DNA of 64,000 bases from positions 15,810,001-15,874,000 of the forward strand of contig CM075988.1 in assembly GCA_038087875.1 (NCBI GenBank). Reading direction: 5' to 3'. This DNA comes from Malacoraja senta (taxonomy: Eukaryota). The translations under genes and the position numbers were made by a program. Below are positions 24,146 to 38,552 of this stretch, piece after piece (position 1 is the stretch's first letter; every line of letters begins with the position of its first letter). Below the pieces are notes generated by a model. It saw nothing but the letters and a program-made list of their open reading frames with translations, searched no databases and had not been told where the DNA came from.

Positions 24146-27100
24146 GTAAGCGAAATGATAGATTGATGTAGGGTCTTTTGGAATACATGAAATAGTCAAT
24201 AGTCAATATTCAAAATGCAGAAGCCAGGCTGGATGTTGTTCTGGACAGCTCTAAACAAATGCTCAGTCACAATATGTTTAGCAAAAATAACATAAAACTA
24301 CAACAGTAAGTGCTGCACCCCACAGCACCCGGATTCAGGGTTAAATTCTGACCTGGGATGCTCACTGTGATGTTGGCACATCCTCTCTGTGATCGCATGG
24401 GCTCCAGCATCCTCCCACATCACAAAGATATGCTGGTAGGTTAATCACTACTGCAAGTTATCCCTTAACTGACAGCAAACAAAACAAAAAAAATAATAGT
24501 TAGGCATGTGTGAGGGAGAATAAATTGCATGAGTACAACAAACATGAGAAGGAATGGAACTAATGGGATTGCTTCATTGGTAGCTAACCTGACCTGATGT
24601 GCTGAATCATCTCTTATGTTGTTATAATTATAAGAAAAATATCAGTTTAATCAGCATTATTTTTATTGACGTCTTAAAAATATATTTTTGCCCAATGTTC
24701 AGCAACCAATTACACATGTTAGTAAAAATCATACAAATGTTAAGTCCAATGTTCCCTGCTGCACCAGACCGAAAATATCCCATATTCCCATATTCGGATA
24801 AACAATGGTGCAATCTGTTTTCATGATGTCACCATACTGTACAGGATCACTTAGAATTAGTAGCAGCTAAGATTAGGGTATACCTCAGAATTATATACCA
24901 CTCCCTGCACCATTTTATCAGTACTCTGCCTAGACTTCAATTTTCATTCTATTTAAAAATAATGTATTGCTGGATTTAAAACTCTCCTTGATTATTCTCT
25001 TGCTCTTTATCAAAAGCAAAATAATAGTTAAGATGGATAAATGCAGCATATGTCTCATAAGTAAAAAGGATAATTTAGCAACCGTAGCAAACCACTTCAG
25101 TGAAATCATGAGATTGCAGTGGGTATTTCTGGTGCAGAGCATGTTTTATTATTTTGTGAAAACAATATATGACAGCGTTCTACAGTGGCCTTCAAACAAG
25201 ATTCTGCTTGGATTTGTGACCATAATAATAGGTTTACATAATATGGCATATGGTACAAGTGCCTTTTCTTTGGTTTTTCACAGAGATGACAATGCTGGAG
25301 CTGATCCTGTCCATACATGGCCTGACAATGTCTGGTATCATCAGTTTGGTGTCAATCAGCCTTGCACACTTTTGAGAATACATTAGTGGAAGATTTTTCA
25401 TTTCACATAATTGTCATGCAATTCAATAATCCTGATAGACAGGTATACAACTGAGCTATAGAGACTTGAAGGTTCCATATACAATTGCTGTCCATTTTTA
25501 ATTGTCTTGTTTAATCGAGTATGCCTATTATTCTCCCACTAACCAGAATGATCATGCTTGATGGCTGATTAATAATTTAGTATTATTTGTAGAGGCTTAA
25601 CCCATTATGCTGCCTCTGCAGTTGATTATTCTGACAACGTACATGAGTGATAGCCATTTAAGAGCTGTTAGATGCTCGGGACTGGGGCTCTATCATTAGT
25701 GGCATCTGCCAGAAAGCAAACTAAGGAAATAAAGATCTAAATACTAATTTCTTGATACACCAGTTGGAGAGAAAGATTAAATAGAAGAGAAATAATCTTC
25801 AACATAAAAGCAATTGCATTGAAGTACGAGTTGGCTCTGCAGGCATTGTCAGCACTTTATTGAACATCAAGATTTAGTGCAGTGATTCAGAATCATGGTT
25901 TTAAAAAAACCTGAGCGAAACAGTTACACTATTGAAAAATCAATGAATGTAATTTTCTTGAAGAAATCATTGATTGTCATTCCTTAAAAAAAATGTAATT
26001 TTTCATTCAGCATTTACTTCATGTGTACTTTTTGCTGCTTACAGCAAAAATGAAGGCAATGTTGAAAATTAATACTATAATGTACAGGAGTATTTTACCT
26101 ACTCTACCAATTGCGCTCATTGGCTAGGTAAAGCCCTTCTGACTGAAAATATGAGGACAAACAGCCACCGCAGCTCTGTGAATGCACTGTTTACAGCCAC
26201 AAAGCTTGTGAATTTATTTTCATACATTCTGTAGACCCTATAACTAAATAAGCATTCTGTGATACACATAATAATGCAGCCTCAAAAGCTGTAGCAATAT
26301 TGGGGTGCATAATTTATAATTTGCTCTGGTGCAAAAATATTTCATACATTTGAATTACAAAAAGCTGTGGAAATGCATAATGTACCCTTTTGTTGTAAAT
26401 AGAACATGATTATTTCTATACACTTCTTAAATCTGTATTAATATTTTGGGGAGAGTTTGTCCTGGCTGTGAGTAATTTTTGGGGGGATTTTTACTTTGTT
26501 GGTTTTCCAGAATTCCCCTTTAGTCTCCTCAATTTCATTCAAAACTAGTCCCAAAATAACCAAACTCCTACAATCCCATCACGTTTTCTTACTTCCATTA
26601 GCTTCCTGTGGTCCTATTTGAAAACCCTCATTTCAAATTTCTCCTTTGAGTTCTCGCTTCCATGCAGAATGGAGCCTTTTCTCTTCCTCCACTCTTTGCT
26701 CTATCAGCTATTATTTGCTGTATACATCAGCTATCTTCACCTCAGTCAAATTAGCCCCTGCACCCATCTGAGTCTCTCATTTTTTTTAAAACTTCCTGAG
26801 TATCTGCCAGTTGTCCAGTACCTATTGGTCACTTTCCCTTTATCACCTTCCAACTTCTCGTAAGTTTCTCCTCGGAAACACCTTTGTAAATTTATTTATT
26901 TCCAAAAAAAACCTTCAAAATAGTAAGAGCTGGCCATTTGATCTTTCAACCCTACTCTGCTATTCATTATCCCGGCTGACCTACCTCAATTTCCTCTTTA
27001 GGCTTTATTATTCCCAAATCTATCAATTTCTGCAATAAGCATATTCAATATTTGCCTATCTGCAGGTCACGGGTAGAAAATTCCAAATAGTTAAGCTCTT

Positions 27101-27679
27101 TCAATTATAAAAATTCTTAGACCTCCAGGGCAGGACTATTATTCTGGTTCTGAAGTCCCCTACGAAAACAACATTTTTATTTTCAAGAATTTTATCTGCT
27201 TCCAGTCAAGAAATTTCCTGTCTACTAAAACTAGCTGCAGACACTTAATATTAAGATTAGTAAATCCTTTTAGCTAATGTCCAATCGTCCCAGAACTGAA
27301 ATCCCAATCCCATGCCTAGATCTGCCAGTACCATTATTCCTGGAAAATATTTTTTTGTGTATTTTCTATCCCCAAGCTTACTAATCACTCTCTGTATAAA
27401 GGAAATGTGGTCAATTTCAATCAGGAGTTACTTATAATCTGTGCCCTGAATTTTGTGTATGGGACGTGTCATTCCAATTCTACACCCAATGAGTCCATTG
27501 TCATATCGTCCCCATACCCTCGGGCTCAGGAGCACATTACCATACATTTTTATGTCTATCCAGTTAAAGTCTACCTCAAAAGCATCATGTGGTAAACTTA
27601 CCACCTTTGCCTTTAATTCTGACAATTAATGTTGCATTAATAATTGTGTCACAAAATGGCTTCAAATGGTGTTAAAACG

Positions 27680-28090
27680 CTGGAGTTTAGAAGGATGAGG
27701 GGGCGGACCTCATTGAAACTTACCGAATAGTGAAAGGACTGGATAAAGTGGATGTGGAGAGGATGTTTCTACTAATTGGAGAATCTCGGACCAGAGGTCG
27801 TAGCCTCAGAATAAAAGGATGTTCCTTTAGGAAGGAGATGAGGAGGAATTTTTTTAGTCAGCTGGTGGTGAATCTGTGGAATTCATTGCCTCAGAAGGCT
27901 GTGGAAGCCGTCAATGAGTTTTTAATGCAGAGATAAATAGATTCTTGATTAGTACGGGTGTCATGGGTTATGGGGAGAAGGCAGGAGAATGGGGTTAGGA
28001 TAGATCAGCCATGATTGAATGGCTGAGTAAACTTGATGGGCCAAATGGCCTAATTCTGCTCCTATCACTTATGAACTTATGAACCTATGT
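27680..28090 (+). mobile_element. CR1 LINE 3' end
   Basis: KGLDKVDVERMF...RRNFFSQLVVNLWNSLPQ; short tandem tail (TTATGAAC). Confidence 0.9.
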
Positions 28091-28263
28091 AACAGGCATT
28101 TAGTCTGAATGTTGGTTGCTCAATACAAGAAGGCAGGGCTATAATGAAATTTGCCTTCACTTAAAGATCCCCACCCATTATTCTGATGATGCATCAGATT
28201 ATTGGTCTTTCTCCAGAGGGTTGAACACGAGTGGCTCAAAACATTTAATCATTTTCTTTCCAG

Positions 28264-28316
28264 AAAGAACTAGTGGCTCTTCCATACAAACCAAAGAAAA
28301 TCATGCAATCGCAACC
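28264..28316 (+). CDS. HOATZ: HOATZ exon 5 (KELVALPYKPKKIMQSQP)
   Basis: Acceptor ttttctttccAG, donor GTAAGT, phase 0-2. Matches human KELISLPYKPK. Confidence 0.92.
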
Positions 28317-28699
28317 GTAAGTGTATATTGATGTTACAATAAATAAACATTTAATTGATTTAATTCCATTGTGCTGTCACTGGTATTGACAAATTAGATA
28401 TTTACTCAGTTCATTTTACATCCCATTTCATTTGAGAAGAAAGAAGCCAGTAGTTGAAGTTCATCCTCGATTGCTTGTACATGCATGTAATGTAGCAGTG
28501 TTTCCACGTTGTTCTACACTGAAATTCAATTCTGTTGATTACAGTGGAAGTGAAGTTCAAGAGTACCACACAGTCACCACAATATTATGCATTCTGTGCT
28601 AACAAATGAGGATGTATTTCTTCCCCAGAATGTTTCTTTACCATCTCAAATCGCAAAATATTTTCCTATCAGGTCATCATATAGAATCGTATGTTTGCT

Positions 28700-29450
28700 G
28701 AACCATTGTGCTATCATCTCACTGAACTTAAAAAAGTAATCATCCAACTTCCACCCTGATTTCATCTTCACATAATCCATCTCTGACTCTTCTTTTCCAT
28801 TCCATGGCTTTCCATCTGCTAGTCCACAGACAAGTTGATTAGATTTCCTTCTATCCTGTAGCGGCCATTCCATTCTCCCGGTTGCATCTCTGCGGACGAT
28901 GCCATGTTTTATATCAGTGCCTTCTCAATAGGTCTTTTTTTCTTGAATTGTTGATTCCTCTTCCTTTTGGTTTGACAGGACTGTTGGTCAAACTTCCATT
29001 TTGCGCAATTCTCACCAATCCCAGAATCAGGATAGGATTTCTCTTGTCCTCACCTTTCACCCCACCAGCCACACTTCTAAAAATCATCACTTGCAAATTC
29101 TGACACAACAACATAATGCAATCACCAGCTACAATGTCCTATTAAAGGTACTGCAAGACCGCATCCACACTGAGTTACTAATTATTCTGATTCATACAAC
29201 CTTCTCCACCAATTTGCTGACCTCTTTCTATGGCAGCTTATCGTGCAACCATTAGAGATGCAACACATTTTCCCTCCTTCTCTTCCTTTCCCACTGTCCA
29301 CAGCCTCAAATATTTTTTACAAGTAGGACAGCAGTTTATAGATATTCTCTGTGCTGTATGTACTTATTTCTACGTCAGTCCATATTTCTGATTCTGTGTC
29401 AGTGTGAACAGATCACATCTCAGTGTTAATGTGCATCGTCCTCTGTGCAT
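28700..29450 (+). mobile_element. Decayed Penelope-like element (PLE) ORF remnant (RT C-terminus/linker towards GIY-YIG)
   Basis: QNQDRISLVLTFHPTS (PLE motif DRVPLVLTF/YHP) at about 29022-29070, then a CN..RCNT Cys motif at about 29244-29266. Multiple stops. Confidence 0.7.
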
Positions 29451-31479
29451 ATTGCTCTCCTTGCCTGCACCTCTCCATCTGATTTTCCGTCCACTCTACC
29501 CATCTCAAGATTTTCACTGCTATGATGCTTCATTCTGACAATTGGTTTTAATCTGCCGAATCGCAACGTACATAAACTGTTAATATCAGGTTGCCAGCCA
29601 GTCCTCTGCAACTGCTTTCACTTGTTTGCACGATATTGTGAGATCAGGCAGCCTTTTTTTGGGGTACCCAGAAAAAGTGGGCCTTCTATTTCCATAGGTC
29701 TTCAATTTGAATGGGAAATGATGATTGCCTAATCCTTTGCCAATCTTTCTGTTTTCGGAGCCCACGAAGAATGGCTAATTAGGTTTTTAAAAGATATTTC
29801 CATTTTCCTTTTCAGAGGAATGTACTCATAAGGAGAATGTCAGAATTGCTTTATAAACCTATTATTTCGAATGTTTCAGAGAATAGCTTTGCACATTCCA
29901 TTAATTTAATTAGTATGCCAAATAAACTCAGTTCAATAATTCCCTAAGAATGAGTCTCAGGTGAACAATAGTATTTGTACCAGGTCCCATTGAAAGAGCA
30001 GCTTTGGGATTCACAACTCTCCCTTGAGCATTATATATCTTCAATCAGATGCAGGAACGGCAGACTCGCCTGAGCAGAACAAATATCTAATAGCATTAGC
30101 TTTTTAAAAGGCCCCAGTGGGTAAATGTAGCAGTGTGTGCTATGAAATGACTCAAAGCCAAATTCCTCTTTTTGTTTCCTTGCCCAGTGCTTATTTCAGT
30201 TGATGTATCATGAGGATCACCATGCCTAGCCTCGACCTCAGCACTGAACAGAGAATAAACCAGATGAGGTTATTGATTTTTCTTGAATGACCCATGATGA
30301 AAAATTAATGTGTATACATCAGACCATAAACAATTCAGAACACATCCATCATAAGCTCCATGGGTAGTCCAGGCACCTCATGCCAAGTAAATTCATATAA
30401 AGCAACCAGCTAGATACAAAACTCATATAAATATGAGTATCATTTTACCTTTCACTAACTCTGCACTGGCCTGGCCATGGATCAGAAACCACATTGAATT
30501 GACAGTGCGATTGATATACCTAGGGTAGTGGTGAGCTTTTTTGAGTAGTGACAGTTTTACACTGATTAAAATCATGATTGTCTGTGGTTAGATTTTTCTA
30601 TAGATTTGCTCTGCAGCCTACACCAGAGATATAAATTGTAGCTATTTTTGTTTCATTTCGCTGTCTTTTCTGAAAGGTGTGGATCAATCACCTCACGGTT
30701 GTTATTACATCTCAAGTATACGAACCAGGAAGGAGTTATAATTAAACATGAGTTACCCGGACAAGCTATTTTAATTAGAAAAATAATCTACCCACCTCCA
30801 TTCCCAATGCAGGAGAAAAAAACAAATTCCCTCCCTTAACTGGGAATGTTCGATCGTTGGATGAGACAGATAGTCATAATTAAGCAGCCTGTTGAGATCC
30901 ACCGACTCAGTTCACATGTGAAAAATGTTTACTTGGACAAGTTTATCTGGGAATGTAGGAATTCTGGTCTGGATAACTCTGTTTTACCATGAAAGAATTT
31001 ACATTTGCTAACCCAGAGACCCTGTAATATGTTTTTTTTTAAAATTAGTCGAATAACATGAGATACTGCGTCTTAGAATAGTTTAGAGATACAGCGTGGA
31101 AACAGGCCGTTGAGCCCACCGAGTCTGCGTTGATCAACGATCACCCGTGCACTAGTTCTATGTTATCCCAGGGGCAATTTACAGAAGCCAATTAACTAAT
31201 CTTTGGAATGTGGGAGGAAACCTGGAGAAAAGCACCTGGAGAAAACCCATGCACTCACAGGGAGCACATACAAACTCTGTACAGACAGCACCCGAGGTCA
31301 GGATCGAACATGAGTCTCTGGTGTTGTAAGGCAGCAACTCTACCATGCGCCACCCATCTTGTAGAGGGGGCTGTTGTTTTCCAGGCCTAATAGCCATCTT
31401 CAAAATCGTGTGTCCATTTTTCAATTTCTACAATATATTGTCAGGGAAATGTATGGTTTAGAACTGTGTAACATAGTAT

Positions 31480-33125
31480 TGCACACACTTATATTAAAGG
31501 TGAAGGCAGTCTATGTTTTCCACAGGATTTTAGTCAGGCATTTGATAAAGTCCCTCATGCTAAGATGATCTATATGTTTATGATGCACGCGATCTATGGT
31601 GACTTGGTCATTTGCATTCAGAACTGACTTACTCATAGAAGACAGAGGGTTGTGGTGGAAGTGTGTTATTCTGGCTGGAGGTCTGTTGCTAGTGGAGTTC
31701 TGATGGGGGCCTCTGTTATATTGTGATATACAGTATATATGCAATTTGGACCTAAATATAGAGAGGTTGGTTAGTAGGTTTGCACACAACAAAATTAGTG
31801 GAGTTGCCGACAGTGAAAAAAGTTGTCTATTTATACAGCAGGATATAGATAAGCTACAGAAGCAGGAGAGAAACAGCGGATGAAGTTTAATCTGAGCAAG
31901 TGTGCAGTGTTGCACTTGGAGGCCTGTCCCACTTGGGCGTCATTTGCGCGTCACGCAGGTGGCGCGCAAAGATTTTGTGAATCCCAAAATCCTGGGGCAC
32001 CGCGCGTCGCTGCCTACGTCACTACGCACCATGCGTGCGTAATGCACGCCATGCGTGCATCATGACGCGTGCATCGTGCGTCGTGACGCGTAATTGATGT
32101 CGTGTAAATGATGTCACGTAAATGACGCCCAAGTGGGACAGGCCCTTAAGAGGCAAGATATAGATAATGGCAGACCCTTAACAGCATTGATCAACAGAGG
32201 GATCTTGATGTCTTAGTCCGCAGCTGCCTGTAAGTGGCAACGCAAGTAGATAGGGTGGTAAATTAGTTGTATAGTATGCTTGCCTTCATCGGTCGGGGAT
32301 GGGAAAGTAAGGATGGGAAAGCTTTGGAGAGGGTACAGAAGTGGTTTACCAGAACGCTGCCTGGATTGAAAGGCATTCGCTATAAGGAGAGATTGGTGAA
32401 ACATGCATTGTTTTCTTTGGAGTGTCAGAGGCGTAGGGGCGAACTAATAGATGCTTATAAAATTATGAGACATAGATGGGGTCGATGGTACCTTTTTCTC
32501 AGCATGAAAGTGTCAAAGGCGGCCGAGCTTTAAGCTGGGCTGGTAGAGCTCTTGCCTCACAGCTCCAGACACTTCGGTTCAATCCTTACCTTGAGTGCTA
32601 CCAGTGTGGATTTTGACATTCTCTCTGTGACTGGATGGGTTTCCTCCAGGTGCTCTGCTTTCATCCCACATCCAAAGGACTTACGGGTTTGGAGGTTAAT
32701 TGGCCCCTGTAAATTGCCTCAAGTATAGAGAAAGTAGATACAAAAGTGGGATAACAGACCTGGTATGAACAAGCGATCAATGATCAGCATGGACTCAGTG
32801 GACAAAAAGGGCTTGTTTCCATGCAATATCTCTTAAACGAAAATCTAAACTAATACTAGATGAGAGGGGAAAAGTTTAAAGATGTGTGGGACAGGTTTTT
32901 TATACAGAGCGTGGTGGATGCCTGGAATATGCTGAAGGGATGGTGGTCAAGGCAGATACAATGGTGGCATTTAAGAGGCTTTTACATAAGCATGTGGATG
33001 TGCAGGGAATGAAGGGATGTGGATCATGTGCAGACAGAGGAGATTATTTTAACTTGGCATCACATTTGGCACGAACATTGTGGGCCGAAAGGCCTGTTGC
33101 TGTGCTGTATTGTTCTATGTTCTAT
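31480..33125 (+). mobile_element. Decayed CR1 LINE carrying a nested MITE (31920-32146) and SINE (about 32535-32855)
   Basis: AFDKVPH-like, MKFNLSKCAVLH and LERVQKWFTRTLPGL motifs; TGTTCTA tail. Confidence 0.85.
31920..32146. mobile_element. PIF/Harbinger-like MITE with CpG-rich GCGTCA subterminal repeats
   Basis: TIR GGCCTGTCCCACTTGGGCGTCATTT / AAATGACGCCCAAGTGGGACAGGCC; TAA on the right flank. Confidence 0.8.
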
Positions 33126-33256
33126 TTTCCCCAATATCAGTGTGAGGGGCAGGAGATACAGAACTGCACATTGGACAGATGATGGGCCCAGGCAGAAAAC
33201 CAATTAAGTACAGAACCTGCACAATTGTTTTACTATCCATATTTGTTTATTTCCAG

Positions 33257-33326
33257 AGAGCCTGCCAGTCCAGATTTCAGCAACGAGGTTCAGGAGACTT
33301 ACCAAGCCCTGAGGCAGTTTGACTGA
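33257..33326 (+). CDS. HOATZ: HOATZ terminal coding exon 6 (EPASPDFSNEVQETYQALRQFD*)
   Basis: Acceptor tttatttccAG, phase 2 fits exon 5, TGA at 33324-33326. Acidic tail ending in D as in human (EEVKTLD). Total CDS 540 nt. Confidence 0.8.
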
Positions 33327-33391
33327 ATATTAAGAAAATCCTTTGGAAACACAGAAACCTTTGTGAAAAGATGAATAACTCACTTGGAGTC

Positions 33392-33397
33392 AATAAA
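33392..33397 (+). terminator. Probable HOATZ polyadenylation signal AATAAA
   Basis: AATAAA about 65 nt after the stop, followed by GT/T-rich sequence. Confidence 0.6.
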
Positions 33398-36300
33398 TTG
33401 TTGTTTCCTTAATCTATACCTAATTTGTCTTTTTAATTCTCTATTTTGTAACTTTTGTACAGTCAGCAATTCCAATTTTCATTTCCCAGCTGGTGATGCA
33501 GTGATATTTATGTCTGAGTAAATTATATGATTTATTGAAGCCTACTGGTTCCAGAGGTGGGTCAACACGGCCGACAAATCAGATCAGATTGTGCAATCTT
33601 CACGTGCAAATTTAATATAAATATGGTTTCCCACGGTGAGATTATCAACAGCTTGAGTCATGCATGTAATGTCACGGGTCTTGCACCATGCATTTCCTTC
33701 ATTCAAATTTGAGCTTTTGGGCATATTTTATGATCATTGATGATCACTCACAAAAACATTAGGAGTGCATGTCTCAGCAAGGAGCCCTGCACTATGACAT
33801 GGATGTATTTTACGAAAGGACATTAGGTGTGGGGTTTGATTATTAACCCTTTTAGCCTGGTCCACCATTGAACAAATTCATGGCTGAGATTCTACTTTTC
33901 CATCACTACACCCATACCCTTTGATACGGTTAATGTCCAGAAATCTTATCAATCTCTTTTGAATGAACACAACGACTGGCAGATTCTGCGTGGTTCTGAC
34001 TCACTTTTCAGTGGTCAGCATGTGGTATCTATGTCAGTGATGGTCACTTCAGTGTTTGCAGTATTTCTTTGGAAATTATATCTGAGCCACATACTGCAAT
34101 CATTTGCAATCACAGCAAATTTGCATTTATTTCACATCACTATCAATCCTTACTTGCATTCCATGGTTTCCCATCTATATCTATCCATTGAACTAATGAC
34201 ACAGCAGTGCCCCTCAAGGTGTGAAACCTAGTTTTATGTTTCAAAAGCAGTGTGTAAGAAAGCTATTTAAAAATATGTGTTTGGTTGGACTTGCTGCAAT
34301 GTCTGTTTCCTATCAGGCTGTTAACAGTCCGATTATGTTTCCAGCTTAGGGTGGAAAATGGTGTGGGATTTTTAACTTCATATGCAGGTCTACTCAGTGA
34401 AGCTCTGAGTCATTTTTCAGTACTAATTGATTAAGAATGAATAAGTTTATTGACCAAGTATGTACACATACAAGGAATTTGCCTTGGTGCTCCACTCGCA
34501 AGTAACAACATGACATACAGTAAACCATTAAGAATAAAACATAAAACATTAAGAATAAAATATTATAGTTTAAACATGTTAATGAAATAAAATACCAGAG
34601 CAAAATGAATGTGGAACTTCAGAGAAGTGTTTTATTTTAAGAGCTGGTATTGCTTTCTGGAAAGGTACAAGGAAAATTGCAGCTCCCTCAGTACCCTGCT
34701 TGGAGACCATATTAATAACCCTAAGGAAAGACCCAGGGATTGATAGCTAACAACATTTGAGATTTAACACCCAAGAGCTTGCAGATCATGAATAATAAGA
34801 GCAGGGATAATGTAACTGAATTGCAAAATATTTAAAACATTTGTAATCCTTTAATTGGATTTCAGTTTATAACTGGCATCCAGGTGTGTGGATGTGATTC
34901 AGTGGTTCATCACCCACTGAGGGGGTAAAGTGGCAGATTTGAGATTGTTTTAGAACTTGGCTCCATAATTTAGGCTCCCCCTCAGTGCAGTACCGTGGGA
35001 GTGTTAAAGATGCCAACTTTAAGCTGTCAAATGTCTGCCCACTGGATGAAAGCCGCTCTGACCATCAAGTCTGACCATCTGACCATTCTGACCACCTGTC
35101 CATTTTGTGATTGTCGAACATACTGGAACATCTTCAATATGCTAGTATTTAAATTCCTGTCTATATCTCTTGATAAATACCTTTATCAGAGTCGGAATTC
35201 ATTTCTCAACCAACACCAATATTAAAATCAATTGCTGTTCAGTTATCACCCTGCTGTAAGTGGGACAATCCCATGTTCAAATTGACAGCCATGTTCACCT
35301 ACTTAACAACATCTTTTGTTCTTGAAAGCAGCTCACTGTGTTGCTTTGGGATGTTTCTGAAAGATGTCAATAGAGCTGTCAATGTAAAGATGTCAATGTA
35401 TAAACATTTTTTTCCTTTCTGATCTGCTCTCAAATAACCTTAAGTTTCCCAGGACATCCATTCAGTAAGTCTCTCGTCGTTGATAGTGCTGCAGCCTATG
35501 TTGGTTCTACAAAACAGATGTTCTCAAGTGGGATACATTAGTCATACAAAAACCAAGCCATAATTACAGATATAATTACATCTTAATTTACAGCTGGGAA
35601 CAAAAGCTTTTTGGAAAGCCTGCCAATCATGAAATGCACTGGGGAGCAGTAAGAGGCGGTTGGAGGCATGTGTAACTGGAGATGCTGGAATCTTGATGGA
35701 GAAACTCAGTGGGTCAGGCAGCATCTGTGAAGGGAATGAACAAACAACATTTCTAGTCAGTACCCTGTCTGTCTATTCCCTTCACAGATGCTGCTTGACC
35801 TGCAGAGTTCCACCAACAATTGACTTTGAATTGTGAACAGAGATAGGGTGGCAGATATATTTGAAAACATTCATTGCATTTCTGAATTTCCTAAACTGAA
35901 TAAGCTTCAAAATGCAAGGTGAAAGATAATGTTCAATTCCCGGACTTATGAGTCCGAGTTCCTGGACGACCATCTCAAACCAAGTGAATGGTGGAAAATA
36001 ACTGAGGCATAATTGAAATTAACATCAGATAGTTGCAAACCACAAAAGAGAATATTAAAATGATGAGGGTACAATATATGGCACAAGAGACTGCAGATGC
36101 AGGAGTCTGTGACACAAAATGTTGACTGTCCATTTCATTCATGGCATGGAACATCACCTGTACATTTCCCTCCAGAGATGCTGCTTAATCTGCGGAGTTT
36201 TCCAGCAACTGTCTATTTTTTTCCATGGATATCATACCTGCCATTTTATGTACCATTCAACCAAAATTAAATTCCTATTCCTGCTTCACTTTTTTGACAG

Positions 36301-38552
36301 CAACAGTACTTTTCCATTTACGGTGCAGAAACCAATTCACATTAGTTGTTCGACATTAATTATAATTGCCTACTGTATCACTTTTTCACAAAATTAGGGA
36401 GGAACAAGAAATGCTGTCCATGTCAGAAACTCCTTCCTGTGAATGAACAGAGAGGGTGGTTGAGGCAAATGAACTAGCAATATTCAGAAGGGAAATTGCT
36501 AAATATATAAAGGAGCAACATTTTCAAACTATGGGGATAGAATTGAGAAACATATTTAATAGGTTTATAAATGAGCCACCACAGACACATTAATCTGTAT
36601 AGCTTTCTCCTGCATCATAACATTCTAATTGAGAGGGTGCTAGTACCTTTGTGTGCAATCTGGTGATTACCCTGTATATAATATGGACCTGGTTATCAAT
36701 CTGTAACACTTTCGAGTTATTGGCTGTAATCAGTCGTCATGTGTACAACATGCATTTAGTTATCAGCTGCTCTATGAAAAAATGCATCTGACTATAGATT
36801 ATGTTATTTGGATATTGTTTATCTGTATATAGTATGCATGCAGCTATCAGTTGTCCTGTATGTAGTATATATCTAGTTATTGGTTATCTTGGGTATAAGC
36901 AGAAGAGATAGATTGTTATCTTGAACATAATGCTCCCATTTCTGAGTAAGGTTTGTTGCAGAGACCTTCAATGGGGTGTCCCCAAATGTACAGTGTAAGT
37001 TCCTGGGGAACAGTATCCAACTGGGAAAGAAGGACACTTTTTATGAGCTCCCTTCTTTTGGAAAGAATTTGGAGTGACCATGTGGGGAAAGGAATTAGTA
37101 AACAAAAATATGTTGTGCGTACTATTGAGAGCAAGTTTTCAAACAGAGAGATCACAGTTGGTAGCAGATTCTGCCTGAGAGGTGCACTTGCCTACCACTT
37201 GCTGAAATGATATGTTGCATCTTCCTACTCTGGTAGCACTGCCAATCAAAGTGGAAACTAATGGTAGCATTTGGAGAAGATCCATAAACATCTGGGCTGC
37301 TCGGCATGTTAGTAAAATTTCTTTCCATTCTCTGGGGACGGTGCTATAAAGCACAGAGCTTATGCAAGCAGATTAAGCTCCAGTTGCATCGTAATAATTA
37401 TATATTACACTCATTCCATCAATGAAGTACAACAGTTTAATTAGATTTATGCACAGTGTTCCCAAGAGGAACATTCTAAAACATCACTCAAAAACATAAA
37501 TATATAAACATGTACACAAATGTGTAATACCCACTGGACCCATTTATAGTATTTAACAGGAATGTTTAAAGCAGAGTTTGCAAGCCATTTTGGGAATAAC
37601 AAATATCTAAGAGGGATCACTCAGAAATATCCAGGAGTCACTTGCTTAATATGGCACAGAGGGAGACCATTTGGCCCATGACAGCACTCAATTGAGCAAT
37701 CCCATTAGTCCGACTGCCCACCTTATTTCCCTGAAATTATTCTCTCTCAAATGCCCTTTGATTCTTTGGTCACATATCCATACCTAAGGGGCAACTTATA
37801 CATCTTTTGGACACAGGAAATAACTCAGCTGGTATCCACAGTCAGCTGGATAACATGAAATCCTATGCAAACGACAATGAGGTAGAGCTCGGAGCAAAAT
37901 CCCTGGATCTTAAAGACAGAAGCATCTTTTGCTGCTCTGCTGTGTCATGGTTATTTGCAGACTGATCTATAACAGAGAAATAGTCACACATAGAATAATT
38001 AAAATCCATAACTGTGTCACAATAGACTGACTGATAACCACGAGAGAGCAAAACGTACTGAATAATCCATACCCAGTGAAGTTGCATATAGAATAATCAC
38101 AAGAGAGTGGGTCACTCATACAGAAAATTATAGTCATATGTTGAATAGCCTATAACCAGGAAAGAGCTATATACAGAAGAACTAATAACCAGAGTTGGTT
38201 TTGGAGGCAGGGATCACACAATGTGATCATGCATTGAGTAACCTTAACTGGGAGATACACTGTAGATAGTGATCGTCAGAATGACTAAGAGGTTAATTAA
38301 TAGTCGGGTGAGTGCCACTGACACTAAATAGTCAACCAGAGTGAAAGTGCATGAGAGTCTAAATCACACTGGACTGTGCATAATCTAATCCTGGATAAGG
38401 AGAAATGGAAGAACAAATGGAAGAACAAGAATACAGAAGAGGTAGGAATAGACTATATGAGCTCTCCATCTGCTTTGTTATTCAATAAGAGCATAAAAGA
38501 TCCTCTGACACACCCTCTTTCCTTCTTTATCTCGACATCATGTTGGTTCAAA

